A DNA stretch of 64,000 nt. Source: Acidimicrobiales bacterium. Lineage in GTDB: Bacteria > Actinomycetota > Acidimicrobiia > Acidimicrobiales > Bog-793. The position numbers were made by a program, and so were the translations under genes. Position 1 is the first letter of the stretch. Each line of letters starts with the position of its first letter. The stretch is taken from positions 32,334-96,333 of the forward strand of contig JBEKCO010000001.1 of NCBI GenBank assembly GCA_050014835.1, in the 5' to 3' direction. The notes below the pieces were generated by a model. That model was not told the origin of the DNA. It saw nothing but the letters and a program-made list of their open reading frames with translations, and searched no databases. Below are positions 49,959-59,557 of this stretch, in pieces.

Positions 49959-50927
49959 ATGAGCCAGGGGACCTTCCACACGCCGGTCATGGTCGACGAG
50001 GTCGTCGAGCTGCTGCGGGCCGTGCCGTCGGGCGTCGTCGTCGACGCGACGGTCGGCGGTGGTGGCCACGCCGTCGCTGTCCTCGAGAGCCGCCCCGACC
50101 TCGCCGTGGTCGGGATGGACGCCGACGCCGACGCCGTCGCGGAGTCAGCGGCGCGCCTCGCTCGCTTCGGCGATCGGGCGCGCGTGTTCCACGCCCGTTT
50201 CGACGCGCTCGCCGACCTGCTCGCGGCACAGCTCCCCCGGCACGGCGTGCGGACGTGCGCGGTGTCGGCCGTTCTTTTCGACCTCGGGGTGAGCTCGCAC
50301 CAGCTCGACGACCCCGATCGGGGTTTCTCCTACCGGTTCGCCGCGCCGCTCGACATGCGTATGGACCGTTCGCGGCCCGTGAGCGCGCAGGACCTCGTGA
50401 ACAACCTCGGTGAGGAGGACCTCGCGAGCTTGTTCGCCGCCCACGGCGAGCAGCGCTTCGCCCACCGCATCGCCCGGTCGATCGTCCGGGCCCGCCCGAT
50501 CCCGTCGACGACCGCGCTCGCGGATCTTGTCGCCGACGCCGTTCCGGCCGGCGCCCGTCGGCGGGGCAACCCCGCGGGCCGCGTCTTCCAGGCCCTGCGC
50601 GTCGCCGTCAACGGTGAGCTCGACGTGCTGCCCGTCGCCCTCGACGCGGCGCTCGCCCAGCTCGTTGCCGGGGGCCGCCTGGTCACCCTCGCCTACCACT
50701 CGGGGGAGGACCGTCTGATCAAGGAGCGTTTCCGGACGTGGTCGACGGGGAGCTGCACCTGTCCTCCGAGGCTGCCCTGTGTCTGCGGCGCACGACCCGT
50801 CACGCGCCTCATCACCCGGGGCGCCCGGCGCCCGTCGGCGGCGGAGGTTGCGCGCAATCCCCGCGCCGACGCCGCCCGTCTGCGGGCGGTCGAGCGCCTC
50901 GAGGCCGACGAGGAGAAGGCGAGCTGA
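49959..50927 (+). CDS. rsmH: 16S rRNA (cytosine1402-N4)-methyltransferase
   Basis: Motifs HTPVMVDEV, DATVGGGGH and FDLGVSSHQLD. Confidence 0.9.
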   Translation: MSQGTFHTPVMVDEVVELLRAVPSGVVVDATVGGGGHAVAVLESRPDLAVVGMDADADAVAESAARLARFGDRARVFHARFDALADLLAAQLPRHGVRTCAVSAVLFDLGVSSHQLDDPDRGFSYRFAAPLDMRMDRSRPVSAQDLVNNLGEEDLASLFAAHGEQRFAHRIARSIVRARPIPSTTALADLVADAVPAGARRRGNPAGRVFQALRVAVNGELDVLPVALDAALAQLVAGGRLVTLAYHSGEDRLIKERFRTWSTGSCTCPPRLPCVCGARPVTRLITRGARRPSAAEVARNPRADAARLRAVERLEADEEKAS

Positions 50928-51367
50928 TGGCGCCGGCCCGGGCCGCCCGGCTCGCCACGACGGTCCCTGTCGAGCGACCGGTTGCACCGTCCCACCCCGC
51001 CAATCGCGCCCGCCTGGAGGTCCTCGGTCGCGCCGAGCTCGAGGACCGGCGCCTGCGGCGCAGGGCGAGGTTCGTCTGGGCGGCGGCGGCGATCTGCGTC
51101 GCCGTCGCGCTCGTGATCGTCGCCGCCGGTCAGGCGTTCGTCGCCGCCCAGCAGGTCCACCTCGACCGGACGCAACAGCAGCTCGCGACGTCGGTCGCCA
51201 AGAATCAGAACCTCCAGCTCACGCGGGCGCAGCTCGAATCGCCGACCCGCATCCTCTCGTTCGCCGAACAGGAGCTCGGGATGGTGGTGCCGAGCCACGT
51301 GACCTACCTCGTTCCCGTCGATCCGAGTCGGTCCGGCGCGATCTCGGCGCCGACGACCGCGACGTGA
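50927..51367 (+). CDS. ftsL: cell division protein FtsL-like
   Basis: The ATG overlaps the rsmH stop. Single TM segment (AAAAICVAVALVIVAAG) followed by a coiled-coil-like region. The position in the dcw cluster fits. Confidence 0.65.
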   Translation: MAPARAARLATTVPVERPVAPSHPANRARLEVLGRAELEDRRLRRRARFVWAAAAICVAVALVIVAAGQAFVAAQQVHLDRTQQQLATSVAKNQNLQLTRAQLESPTRILSFAEQELGMVVPSHVTYLVPVDPSRSGAISAPTTAT

Positions 51368-53115
51368 CGAGGCCGGCGCGGCGAACTCCCCACCGCCGCC
51401 CCCCGGAACCGCCCGCCCGCCGGGCCCGGTTGCACGTCGTCGCCGCGGTCATGGTCATCGCGTCGCTCGGTCTCGTGGTCCGGCTCGCGGTCGTCCAGGT
51501 CGCCGACGGCGCCCGCTACGTGGCCTACGAAAAGGGAGAGGTCATCCAGAAAGTGACCCTCGCCGCGACACGTGGCGCGATCTACGACAAAACGGGGGAC
51601 GTCCTCGCCGTCTCGGTCCCACGGACCGACGTCGTCGCGGACGACTTCCAGATCACGGCCCCTCGCACGGAGGCGATCACGCTCGCCCCGCTCCTCGGGG
51701 TCCCCGTCGCCCGTCTCGTCGCCGAACTGAGCGAGCACAACGGCTACGTCGTGCTCGCCCGGGGCCTGAAGGACGCCGCGGTGGCCCCGATCGAGCGTCG
51801 CGACCTCGCCGGCCTGACCTTCGCGAGCGACAGCGTGCGCGTGACGACCGGGGGCAAGGACTTCCAGCCGCTGATCGGCGGCGTGAACGCCGCCGGGGTC
51901 GGTGACGCGGGCGTCGAGGAGGCGGAGAACTCGCTCCTTGCCGGCAGGTCGGGCAGCGAGCTCGTCGCCCTCGCCCCGGGCGGGTTGGCGCTCCCCACGA
52001 AGCCGACCGACGTCGTCGCGTCGAAGGCGGGGACGGGTCTCGTCCTCACGATCGACGAACCGCTCCAGGTCGAGGTGGAGAAGGACCTCGCGGCGCAGAT
52101 CGTCGCGACCGGGGCACGGTCCGGCAGCGCCGTCGTGATGGACGTCCACACGGGCGCGATCCTCGCGATGGTCAACCTCGTCGCCGGCCCGCACGGCAAG
52201 GTCGAGCCGGCGGCCTCGAACCTCGCGGCGACGACCGTGTACCAGCCGGGCTCGGTGATGAAGCTCGCCACGATCATGGCGGCGTTGCAGGCGGGGATCA
52301 TCACGCCCTCGACGGTGCTCACCGTCCCCGACACGCTGAGCGTCGGCGGCTATCAGTTCGCCGACGCCGAGGTCCACCCGACCGAGCAGCTCACGGTGGC
52401 GCAGATCCTCGCCCAGTCCTCGAACATCGGCACGATCGAGATCGCGCAACGGCTCGGGCTCGACCGGCTCGCCGCCGGCCTGTCGGCCCTCGGCTTCGGC
52501 CGCCTGACGGGCCTCGACTGGCCGGGGGAGTCCGCCGGCATCGTCGGCTCCCCGGCAACGTGGTTCGGTTCGGCGGCGGCCGCGGTCCCGATCGGCACCG
52601 GCATCGCGGTGACGCCCCTCCAGATCCTCGACGCGTACAACACGATCGCGAACGACGGCGTCTTCGTCCCGCCCCATCTCGTCGCCGGCACCGTGACCGG
52701 CGACGGGGCCGAGCACCTCGTGTCGGCCTCGTCGGGCGTCCGGACGGTGGCCGCCTCGACCGTCGCCGAGCTCGTGCCGATGCTGGAAGGTGTCGTGCAG
52801 GACGGGACGGCCGTGCTCGCCCACATCCCCGGGTACACGGTCGCCGGCAAGACGGGCACGGCCCAGGTCCCGGACACGGGTGCGCTCGGCTACGTCGCGG
52901 GGGACTGGAACGCGACCTTCGTCGGATTCGTGCCGACCGAGGATCCCCAGCTCTCGGGAATCGTCGTACTGAACCACCCGACACCGATCTACGGTGGAAC
53001 GGTGTCCGCCCCCGTGTTTTCCCAGATCATGCGGTATGCACTCCGTCGCTTCGACATCCCGCCACCGTCGGGCGCGGCACTCGACGCGAATGTGAGCCCC
53101 GCGTCGAAGCGGTGA
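51364..53115 (+). CDS. ftsI: penicillin-binding protein (class B, FtsI-type transpeptidase)
   Basis: GTGA overlap. SxxK (SVMK), SSN and KTG motifs. Confidence 0.85.
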   Translation: MTRPARRTPHRRPPEPPARRARLHVVAAVMVIASLGLVVRLAVVQVADGARYVAYEKGEVIQKVTLAATRGAIYDKTGDVLAVSVPRTDVVADDFQITAPRTEAITLAPLLGVPVARLVAELSEHNGYVVLARGLKDAAVAPIERRDLAGLTFASDSVRVTTGGKDFQPLIGGVNAAGVGDAGVEEAENSLLAGRSGSELVALAPGGLALPTKPTDVVASKAGTGLVLTIDEPLQVEVEKDLAAQIVATGARSGSAVVMDVHTGAILAMVNLVAGPHGKVEPAASNLAATTVYQPGSVMKLATIMAALQAGIITPSTVLTVPDTLSVGGYQFADAEVHPTEQLTVAQILAQSSNIGTIEIAQRLGLDRLAAGLSALGFGRLTGLDWPGESAGIVGSPATWFGSAAAAVPIGTGIAVTPLQILDAYNTIANDGVFVPPHLVAGTVTGDGAEHLVSASSGVRTVAASTVAELVPMLEGVVQDGTAVLAHIPGYTVAGKTGTAQVPDTGALGYVAGDWNATFVGFVPTEDPQLSGIVVLNHPTPIYGGTVSAPVFSQIMRYALRRFDIPPPSGAALDANVSPASKR

Positions 53116-54635
53116 CGAGCCCGGCGGTGGACGACGTGGGAGCCGACCGCGTCGTCGCGCGGATCATCGACCGCGTCGCGCCGCTCGTCGAGCTCGGCAG
53201 CCGCCGGGGAATCGAGATCGCCGACGTCGTCTTCGACGACCGCGAGGCGCGGCCGGGGTCGCTGTTCTGTTGCCTCGTCGGCACCCGCCACGACGGGCAC
53301 GATTTCGCCGGCGAAGCGGCGGCGAAAGGTGCCGTCGCGTTCATCTGCGAGCACACCCTTGGCCCCGAGGTCGGCGACGCGCTCCAGCTCGTCGTGCCTC
53401 CGGGCACGGCGAGGATCGCGATGGCCAAGGCCGCGTGCGCCTTCTACGGGGATCCCGCGACCGCGCTCCACAGCGTCGGGATCACCGGCACGAACGGCAA
53501 GACGACGACGACCTACCTGCTCCGGTCGATCCTCGAACGGGCCGGTTGGCCGACCGGGGTGATCGGGACGCTCGAGGGGGCGCGCACGACGCCGGAGTCG
53601 CCGCAGCTCCAGCGGGCGCTCGCGGAGATGCGCGACGCCGGGATCGTCGCGACCGCGGTCGAGGTGACATCCCACGCCCTTGTCCAGCACCGTGTCGACG
53701 GGGTCCGCTTCGACGTCGCGGTCTTCACGAACCTGTCGCGGGACCACCTCGACTACCACGAGACGATCGACGCCTACTTCGCGGCGAAAGCACGCCTTTT
53801 CAACCCCGAGCGCGCCCGCTTCGCCGTCGTGAACCGCGACGACGAGTTCGGCCGGCGCCTGCTCGACCGGGCCGAGATCCCGACGGTGTCGTACTCGCTC
53901 GACGACGTGCGCGAGCTCGAGCTCGGCTTGACCGAGACGAGCTTCCGGCTCGGCAAGCGGCTGGTTCACCTGCGACTCGGGGGCGCGTTCAACGTGGCGA
54001 ACGCGCTCGCCGCGGCGAGCGCGGCGCGTGCCCTCGGCGTGGAGCCGGACGCCATCGTCGAGGGTCTCGGCCAGGCGGCGGGGGTCCCCGGGCGCTTCGA
54101 GGCCCTGGAGGGTGCGGGAGGGGTCACCGCGATCGTCGACTACGCCCACACCCCGGCCGGCCTCGAGCAGGTGCTCGCCGCGGTGCGCGCCGACCGGGCC
54201 GCGGCGGACGTCCCGGGCAAGCCGGGCGTCATCGTCGTCTTCGGTTGCGGCGGGGACCGCGACCGCGGCAAGCGGCCGGTGATGGGGGCGGTCGCCTCGC
54301 GGCTTGCCGACGTCGTTGTGTTGACGACCGACAACCCTCGGAACGAGGACCCGGAGTCGATCATCGAGGAGATCCGTGCCGGGATGGCGGGACCCGCGAA
54401 GGTCGTCGTCGAGCCGAACCGGCGGACCGCCATCGCCGGCGCGCTGCGCGCCGCGCGACCCGGTGACATCGTCGTCGTGGCGGGCAAGGGACACGAGACG
54501 ACCCAGCAGTTCGCCGACGTGACCCTGCGATTCGACGACCGGGAGGTCGTGCGCGCCGAGCTCGACTGGATCGACCGGGCGAACCGGCGGTCGGCGAGGC
54601 GGCGCGCGCCGGGCGCGGGCGGGGTGGCGAGATGA
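53112..54635 (+). CDS. murE: UDP-N-acetylmuramoyl-L-alanyl-D-glutamate--2,6-diaminopimelate ligase
   Basis: Motifs GITGTNGKTTT, FTNLSRDHLDYH and FGCGGDRDRGKRP. The DNPR motif indicates meso-DAP specificity. Confidence 0.9.
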   Translation: MTSPAVDDVGADRVVARIIDRVAPLVELGSRRGIEIADVVFDDREARPGSLFCCLVGTRHDGHDFAGEAAAKGAVAFICEHTLGPEVGDALQLVVPPGTARIAMAKAACAFYGDPATALHSVGITGTNGKTTTTYLLRSILERAGWPTGVIGTLEGARTTPESPQLQRALAEMRDAGIVATAVEVTSHALVQHRVDGVRFDVAVFTNLSRDHLDYHETIDAYFAAKARLFNPERARFAVVNRDDEFGRRLLDRAEIPTVSYSLDDVRELELGLTETSFRLGKRLVHLRLGGAFNVANALAAASAARALGVEPDAIVEGLGQAAGVPGRFEALEGAGGVTAIVDYAHTPAGLEQVLAAVRADRAAADVPGKPGVIVVFGCGGDRDRGKRPVMGAVASRLADVVVLTTDNPRNEDPESIIEEIRAGMAGPAKVVVEPNRRTAIAGALRAARPGDIVVVAGKGHETTQQFADVTLRFDDREVVRAELDWIDRANRRSARRRAPGAGGVAR

Positions 54636-55666
54636 TCGCGATCTTCATGGCCGGCACCATCGCCTTGTTGGTGTCGGGCTTCGGGACGCCGATCCTGTTG
54701 CGGGCGCTCGCGGACCGCCGGATCGGCCAGCAGGTCCGCCGGGACGGGCCCGCCATCCACATCGTGAAAGAGGGCACGCCGACGATGGGCGGGTTGACCA
54801 TCATCATCGCCGCCGGCGCCGGGTACCTCCTCGGGCACCTCGGCAACAGCGCCCGGTTCACCTGGGCGGGCGGCTTCGTCATGTTCGCGCTCGTCGCCGC
54901 CGGGGCGATCGGGTTCGCCGACGACTGGCTGAAGGTGCGGCGCCAACGCAGCCTCGGGCTGAACAAGCGCGGCAAGATCGTCCTGCAGCTCCTGGTCGGG
55001 GTCGGTTTCGCGCTCGCCGCCCAGCACTGGGCCGCGGCGAGCACGGTGATCTCGTTCACCCGCGCGAGCGTGCCTGGCGTGGTCCTCGGCACGGCGGTGT
55101 GGCTCATCTGGGCCACGTTCATCGTCACCGCCGGGGCGAACGCCGTGAACCTGACTGACGGCCTCGACGGGCTCGCCGCGGGCGCTTCGGCCTTCACGTT
55201 CACCGGTCTGACCCTCGTCGGCTACTGGCAGTACCGGCACGTGCAGATCTACCACGTCCACGCCGCGCTGGACCTGGCCCTCGTCGCGATCTCGCTGGCC
55301 GGCGCCTGCGTGGGATTCCTCTGGTGGAACGCGGCCCCGGCGAAGATCTTCATGGGCGACACGGGGTCCCTGGCGATCGGGACGGCGCTCGCCTGTCTCG
55401 CCATCGAGATGAACGTGCAGCTGCTATTGCCGATCCTCGGCGGCCTGTTCGTCGTCGTCACGATGTCGGTCGTCATCCAGGTGATCAGCTTCCACGTCTT
55501 TCACACCCGGGTGTTCCGGATGGCGCCCATCCACCATCATTTCGAGCTCGTCGGATGGCCGGAGACGACCGTCATCGTGCGGTTCTGGATCTTCTCGGCC
55601 CTGTGCACCGCGGTCGGGTTGGGCATCTTTTACGCGGACTTCCTCGGCGTGAGGGCGCTGTTGTGA
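54632..55666 (+). CDS. mraY: phospho-N-acetylmuramoyl-pentapeptide transferase
   Basis: ATGA overlap with murE. Motifs GTPTMGG, NAVNLTDGLDGLA and PIHHHFE. Confidence 0.9.
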   Translation: MIAIFMAGTIALLVSGFGTPILLRALADRRIGQQVRRDGPAIHIVKEGTPTMGGLTIIIAAGAGYLLGHLGNSARFTWAGGFVMFALVAAGAIGFADDWLKVRRQRSLGLNKRGKIVLQLLVGVGFALAAQHWAAASTVISFTRASVPGVVLGTAVWLIWATFIVTAGANAVNLTDGLDGLAAGASAFTFTGLTLVGYWQYRHVQIYHVHAALDLALVAISLAGACVGFLWWNAAPAKIFMGDTGSLAIGTALACLAIEMNVQLLLPILGGLFVVVTMSVVIQVISFHVFHTRVFRMAPIHHHFELVGWPETTVIVRFWIFSALCTAVGLGIFYADFLGVRALL

Positions 55667-57045
55667 CGGCGCGCCCCGTGTCCGACGGCGGTCTGCGCGG
55701 TCCCGTGGCGGTGATCGGTTTCGCCGTCACGGGCCAGGCCGTCGCGCGCGTGCTCGGCGCGATGGGTCTCGAAATCGTCGCGATCGAGGACGCGCCGACC
55801 CCCGAGCGCCGGGCGGCCGCGCGCTCGCTCGGCGTCGACCTCGTCATGGCTCCGGACGAGGGCGAGCTCGCGGCCGCCGTCAGGCGGTGCGCGCTCGTGG
55901 TCGTGAGCCCCGGCGTGACGCCGCGCCATCCCGTGTTCAGCGTCGTCGAACCGGAACGGCTCGTGTCGGAGATCGAGCTCGCCGGGCGACTTTCGCCCGT
56001 CCCGATCGTCGCGGTGACGGGGACGAACGGCAAGACGACCGTGACGGCGCTCGTGGCGGCGATGCTCGCCGCCTCAGGGGTGCGCGCCGAGGCGTCCGGG
56101 AACATCGGTGAGCCGTTGATCTCGTCGGTGACTGGCGGCGAGGTCGACGTGGCGGTCGCCGAGGTCTCGTCGTTCCAGCTCGCGCTCAGCCCGTCGTTCC
56201 GTCCCCACGTCGCGACCTGGTTGAACTTGGCGGAGAACCATCTCGACTGGCACCGGTCCTTCGCGGACTACGTTTCGGCGAAGTCGCGCATCTGGGCGAA
56301 CCAGCACGCCGACGACGTGTCGGTGGCGAACCTCGACGACCCCATCGTCGCCGCCGAGGCGCAACGGTCTCCGGGGCGTCTGGTGACGTTCGGCTCGGCC
56401 GGCGCCGGCTACCGCCTCGTCGACAACCGCTTCCTCGCCCCGGACGGGGACGTGCTCGTAACGACGCGCGACCTCGTCCGGAACCTGCCCCATGACGCCC
56501 AGAACGCGCTCGGCGCGCTCGCCACGGCACGGGAGGCGGGGGCGTCGGTCGACGGGTGCCGGGAGGCGCTGCAAAAGACGGCCCCGCCGATCCACCGCCT
56601 GACGCACGTGGCGACGGTCGAGGGTGTCGCCTACTTTGACGACTCGAAGGCGACGACCCCCGCGGCCGTCGCCGCCGCGCTGCGGGGCTTCCCGACGGTC
56701 GTCCTCATCCTCGGCGGCCGGAACAAGGGCCTCGACCTTGCCGCGGTGCGGCGCGCCGTCGACGGGGAGCCGGGTTGCGCGCTCCACGGTGTCGTCGCGA
56801 TCGGCGAGGCGGCGCCCGACATCGTCGCGGCCTTCGCCTCCGACTACACCGTCCCGACCGCCACCTCGATGGGCGAGGCGGTGGCGTTGGCGTCGCAGAT
56901 GGCGCGCCCCGGGGACACGGTACTGCTCTCACCCGGTTGCGCCTCGTTCGACTGGTACGAGTCGTTCGAGGCGCGTGGCGACGACTTCGCGCGCGAGGTG
57001 CTGAAGCTCTCGGCGCGTGCGGTCAGCCGGCAGGCGGGGGGCTGA
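55663..57045 (+). CDS. murD: UDP-N-acetylmuramoylalanine--D-glutamate ligase
   Basis: GTGA overlap. Motifs VTGTNGKTTV and DSKATTP. Confidence 0.9.
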   Translation: MTARPVSDGGLRGPVAVIGFAVTGQAVARVLGAMGLEIVAIEDAPTPERRAAARSLGVDLVMAPDEGELAAAVRRCALVVVSPGVTPRHPVFSVVEPERLVSEIELAGRLSPVPIVAVTGTNGKTTVTALVAAMLAASGVRAEASGNIGEPLISSVTGGEVDVAVAEVSSFQLALSPSFRPHVATWLNLAENHLDWHRSFADYVSAKSRIWANQHADDVSVANLDDPIVAAEAQRSPGRLVTFGSAGAGYRLVDNRFLAPDGDVLVTTRDLVRNLPHDAQNALGALATAREAGASVDGCREALQKTAPPIHRLTHVATVEGVAYFDDSKATTPAAVAAALRGFPTVVLILGGRNKGLDLAAVRRAVDGEPGCALHGVVAIGEAAPDIVAAFASDYTVPTATSMGEAVALASQMARPGDTVLLSPGCASFDWYESFEARGDDFAREVLKLSARAVSRQAGG

Positions 57046-57047
57046 CG

Positions 57048-58373
57048 GTGGCGACCGGGGTCGTCGAGCGCCGGCCGGTCACCCGGCCCGCCCGCCGACG
57101 CGACGGGTCGGACCGGGCGCGCCTGCGTCTCGTCGGCGGCACGACGCCCGAGCGTGGCGAGCCCGACGAGAAGGCGACGACGGAGCCGAAGCGCCCGGTC
57201 GTGCGCCGGCTGACGACCACCGCCGCCGCCCGGCGCGACGCCGCGGCGCTCACGGCGCTCGTGCTCGCCTTCTGCGTCTTCGGCCTTATCGTCGTGCTCT
57301 CGGCCTCGTCGGTGGAGTCGATCGCGGCCAATGGGTCGCCCTGGTCGACCGCCGAGCACCAGGGGGTGTGGCTCGCCCTCGGTGCTGTCGTGTTCGTCGT
57401 GGCGGCGCGCCTGCCCCTGCAGTTCTGGCGCCGCATCGCCGTCCCGTTCCTTTTGTGCACCGTAGTGGCGCTCCTGGCGGTCCTCGTCCGGGGGGTCGGC
57501 ACGGTAACGGCTGGCTCGAGCCGCTGGATCAACCTCGGTCCGCTCCGCTTCCAGCCCTCGGAGTTCGCGAAGTTCGCCGTCGTGCTTTTCGTCGCCGACC
57601 TGCTCGCGCGTCGCGGCGGCCCGACCGGCTCTCGGGCGGACGTCATGCGCCCGGTGCTCATCGTGCTCGGCGTCCTCGGGATCCTCATCGTGCGCCAGCC
57701 CGACCTCGGGACGGCAGTGGTCATCGCGGTGATCGGGGCGGTGCTGCTCTACGCCGCGGGCGTGCCGGTCCGCAAGATTCTCGGGATGGTGGGGGTGTTC
57801 GCGGTCCTCGGCGGCGCGTTCCTGCTCATCGAGCCGTACGGAAGGGCGCGGCTCGCCACGTTCTGGAACCCGTTCGCCCACGCCTCGACGACGGGCTACC
57901 AGGTCGTCCAGTCCCTCGTGACGCTCGGCTCCGGCCACTGGTTCGGGACCGGTCTCGGCGGCTCCCCAGCCGCGTGGGGATTCCTGCCCAACGCGAACAC
58001 AGACTTCGTCTTCGCGATCGTCGGCAACAACTTCGGCCTTGTCGGCGCGATCGGCGTGCTGTGCGGGTTCCTGGCGATCGGTTGGCTGGGCATCCGGATC
58101 GCGCGGCGCAGCGAGGACCGCTTCGCCTCGTTGGTGGCGGCTGGAATCGCGACCTGGATCGTGTTCCAGGCGCTGATCAACATCGGCGGGGTGATCGGGG
58201 CGCTCCCCGAGACGGGGATCCCGCTCCCGTTCGTGTCGGCGGGGGGCTCGTCGCTCGTCGTGCTGCTCGCCGCGACCGGGTTGCTCGTGAGGATCGCCCG
58301 CCAACCCGGGGTGAAGACCGTTTCGTTCGCCGCAGCGCGCGACGAGCGCCCCCGCGGCCGATCGGGGCGGTGA
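57048..58373 (+). CDS. ftsW: FtsW/SEDS family peptidoglycan glycosyltransferase
   Basis: Arg-rich N-terminus, RQPDLGTAV, and GIPLPFVSAGGSS near the C-terminus. Confidence 0.85.
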   Translation: MATGVVERRPVTRPARRRDGSDRARLRLVGGTTPERGEPDEKATTEPKRPVVRRLTTTAAARRDAAALTALVLAFCVFGLIVVLSASSVESIAANGSPWSTAEHQGVWLALGAVVFVVAARLPLQFWRRIAVPFLLCTVVALLAVLVRGVGTVTAGSSRWINLGPLRFQPSEFAKFAVVLFVADLLARRGGPTGSRADVMRPVLIVLGVLGILIVRQPDLGTAVVIAVIGAVLLYAAGVPVRKILGMVGVFAVLGGAFLLIEPYGRARLATFWNPFAHASTTGYQVVQSLVTLGSGHWFGTGLGGSPAAWGFLPNANTDFVFAIVGNNFGLVGAIGVLCGFLAIGWLGIRIARRSEDRFASLVAAGIATWIVFQALINIGGVIGALPETGIPLPFVSAGGSSLVVLLAATGLLVRIARQPGVKTVSFAAARDERPRGRSGR

Positions 58374-59557
58374 CGACGACCCGGGTCGAGGTGATCGTCA
58401 CGGGGGGAGGGACCGCAGGTCACGTGCTGCCCGCGATCGCGCTCGCCCGGGCGCTCGTCGCCTCGGGGTACGCGCCGTCGGCGGTCCACTTCGTCGGGGC
58501 GCGCCGCGGGATCGAGCGCCGTCTCGTCCCCGAGGCGGGGTTCTCGCTCACCTTGCTCCCCGGGCGCGGCGTCGAGCGCCGTTTCAATCTGCGCAACGTC
58601 GCGGCGGTCTGCGGGATCGCCGCCGCCTTCGCCGCCGCACTCGCGCTGCTCGTGCGCCGGCGTCCCCGCGTCGTCGTCGCCGTCGGGGGGTTCGGGGCGG
58701 TTGCCTGCTCGTGCGCGGCGCTCGTGCTGCGGATCCCGGTCGTCGTGGTGAACGTCGACTCGGTACCGGGCGCGGCGAACCGGATGATCGGCCGTTTTGC
58801 CAAGGCCTGTGCCGTCGCGTTCCCGGGAACCGAGCTGCCGCGCTCGGTCCTCACCGGGGCCCCGGTGCGCCCCGAGGTGCTCGCGGTCGAGCGGTCCGCC
58901 GAGGGTCGTGACCGTTCCCGCCGGAACCTGGCGGTGGGCGGTGACGGCCCGCTCGTCGGGATCGTCGGCGGTTCGCTCGGTGCGCGGCGCCTGAACGGGG
59001 CCGCGGTCGAGCTCGCGACGCGTCTCGGGGGCGACGGCGCGTTCGTCTACCACGTCTGCGGCCCGCGGGACTTCGCCGAGGCGCAGGCCGCCGCCGCGGC
59101 GGCTGGGCTCGCCGACCGGGGTGAAAGCGGGTACCGGGTCGTCGCCTACGAGGACCGTCTCGCCGACCTGTTCGCCGCGGCCGACGTGGTCGTCAGCCGC
59201 GCCGGCGCCTCGACGGTCGCCGAGCTCGCCGTGATCGGCACGCCGAGCATCCTCGTGCCGCTCCCCGGGGCCCCGTCCGACCACCAACGGCGCAACACCG
59301 AGCTGCTCGCCGCGGCGGGGGCCGCGATCGTCGTGGGCGACGACGAGGCGACCGGCGGGCGTCTTGCCGGCGAGGTGGCGGCGCTCCTCGCCGACCCGGC
59401 GCGCCGCGAGGCGATGGGTCGCGCGGCGCGCGAAGTCGGCCGACCGGAAGCCGCCGGCGCCGTCGCGGCGCTCGTCCGGGGGGTGGCCGCCCGGCAGTGG
59501 AGCGGGGGGCGCGCCGGTGCCCCCGAGAGCGGTCCCGCAGGACAGGAGGAGACGTGA
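58370..59557 (+). CDS. murG: undecaprenyldiphospho-muramoylpentapeptide beta-N-acetylglucosaminyltransferase
   Basis: GTGA overlap. Motifs GGGTAGHVLPA and RAGASTVAEL. Confidence 0.9.
   Translation: MTTTRVEVIVTGGGTAGHVLPAIALARALVASGYAPSAVHFVGARRGIERRLVPEAGFSLTLLPGRGVERRFNLRNVAAVCGIAAAFAAALALLVRRRPRVVVAVGGFGAVACSCAALVLRIPVVVVNVDSVPGAANRMIGRFAKACAVAFPGTELPRSVLTGAPVRPEVLAVERSAEGRDRSRRNLAVGGDGPLVGIVGGSLGARRLNGAAVELATRLGGDGAFVYHVCGPRDFAEAQAAAAAAGLADRGESGYRVVAYEDRLADLFAAADVVVSRAGASTVAELAVIGTPSILVPLPGAPSDHQRRNTELLAAAGAAIVVGDDEATGGRLAGEVAALLADPARREAMGRAAREVGRPEAAGAVAALVRGVAARQWSGGRAGAPESGPAGQEET

Noticed and set aside
49771-49962. 63 aa ORF in the mraZ-rsmH spacer.
   Set aside because: It is Arg/Pro/Ser-rich with no RBS and poor coding character. 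The spacer is more likely untranslated RNA.
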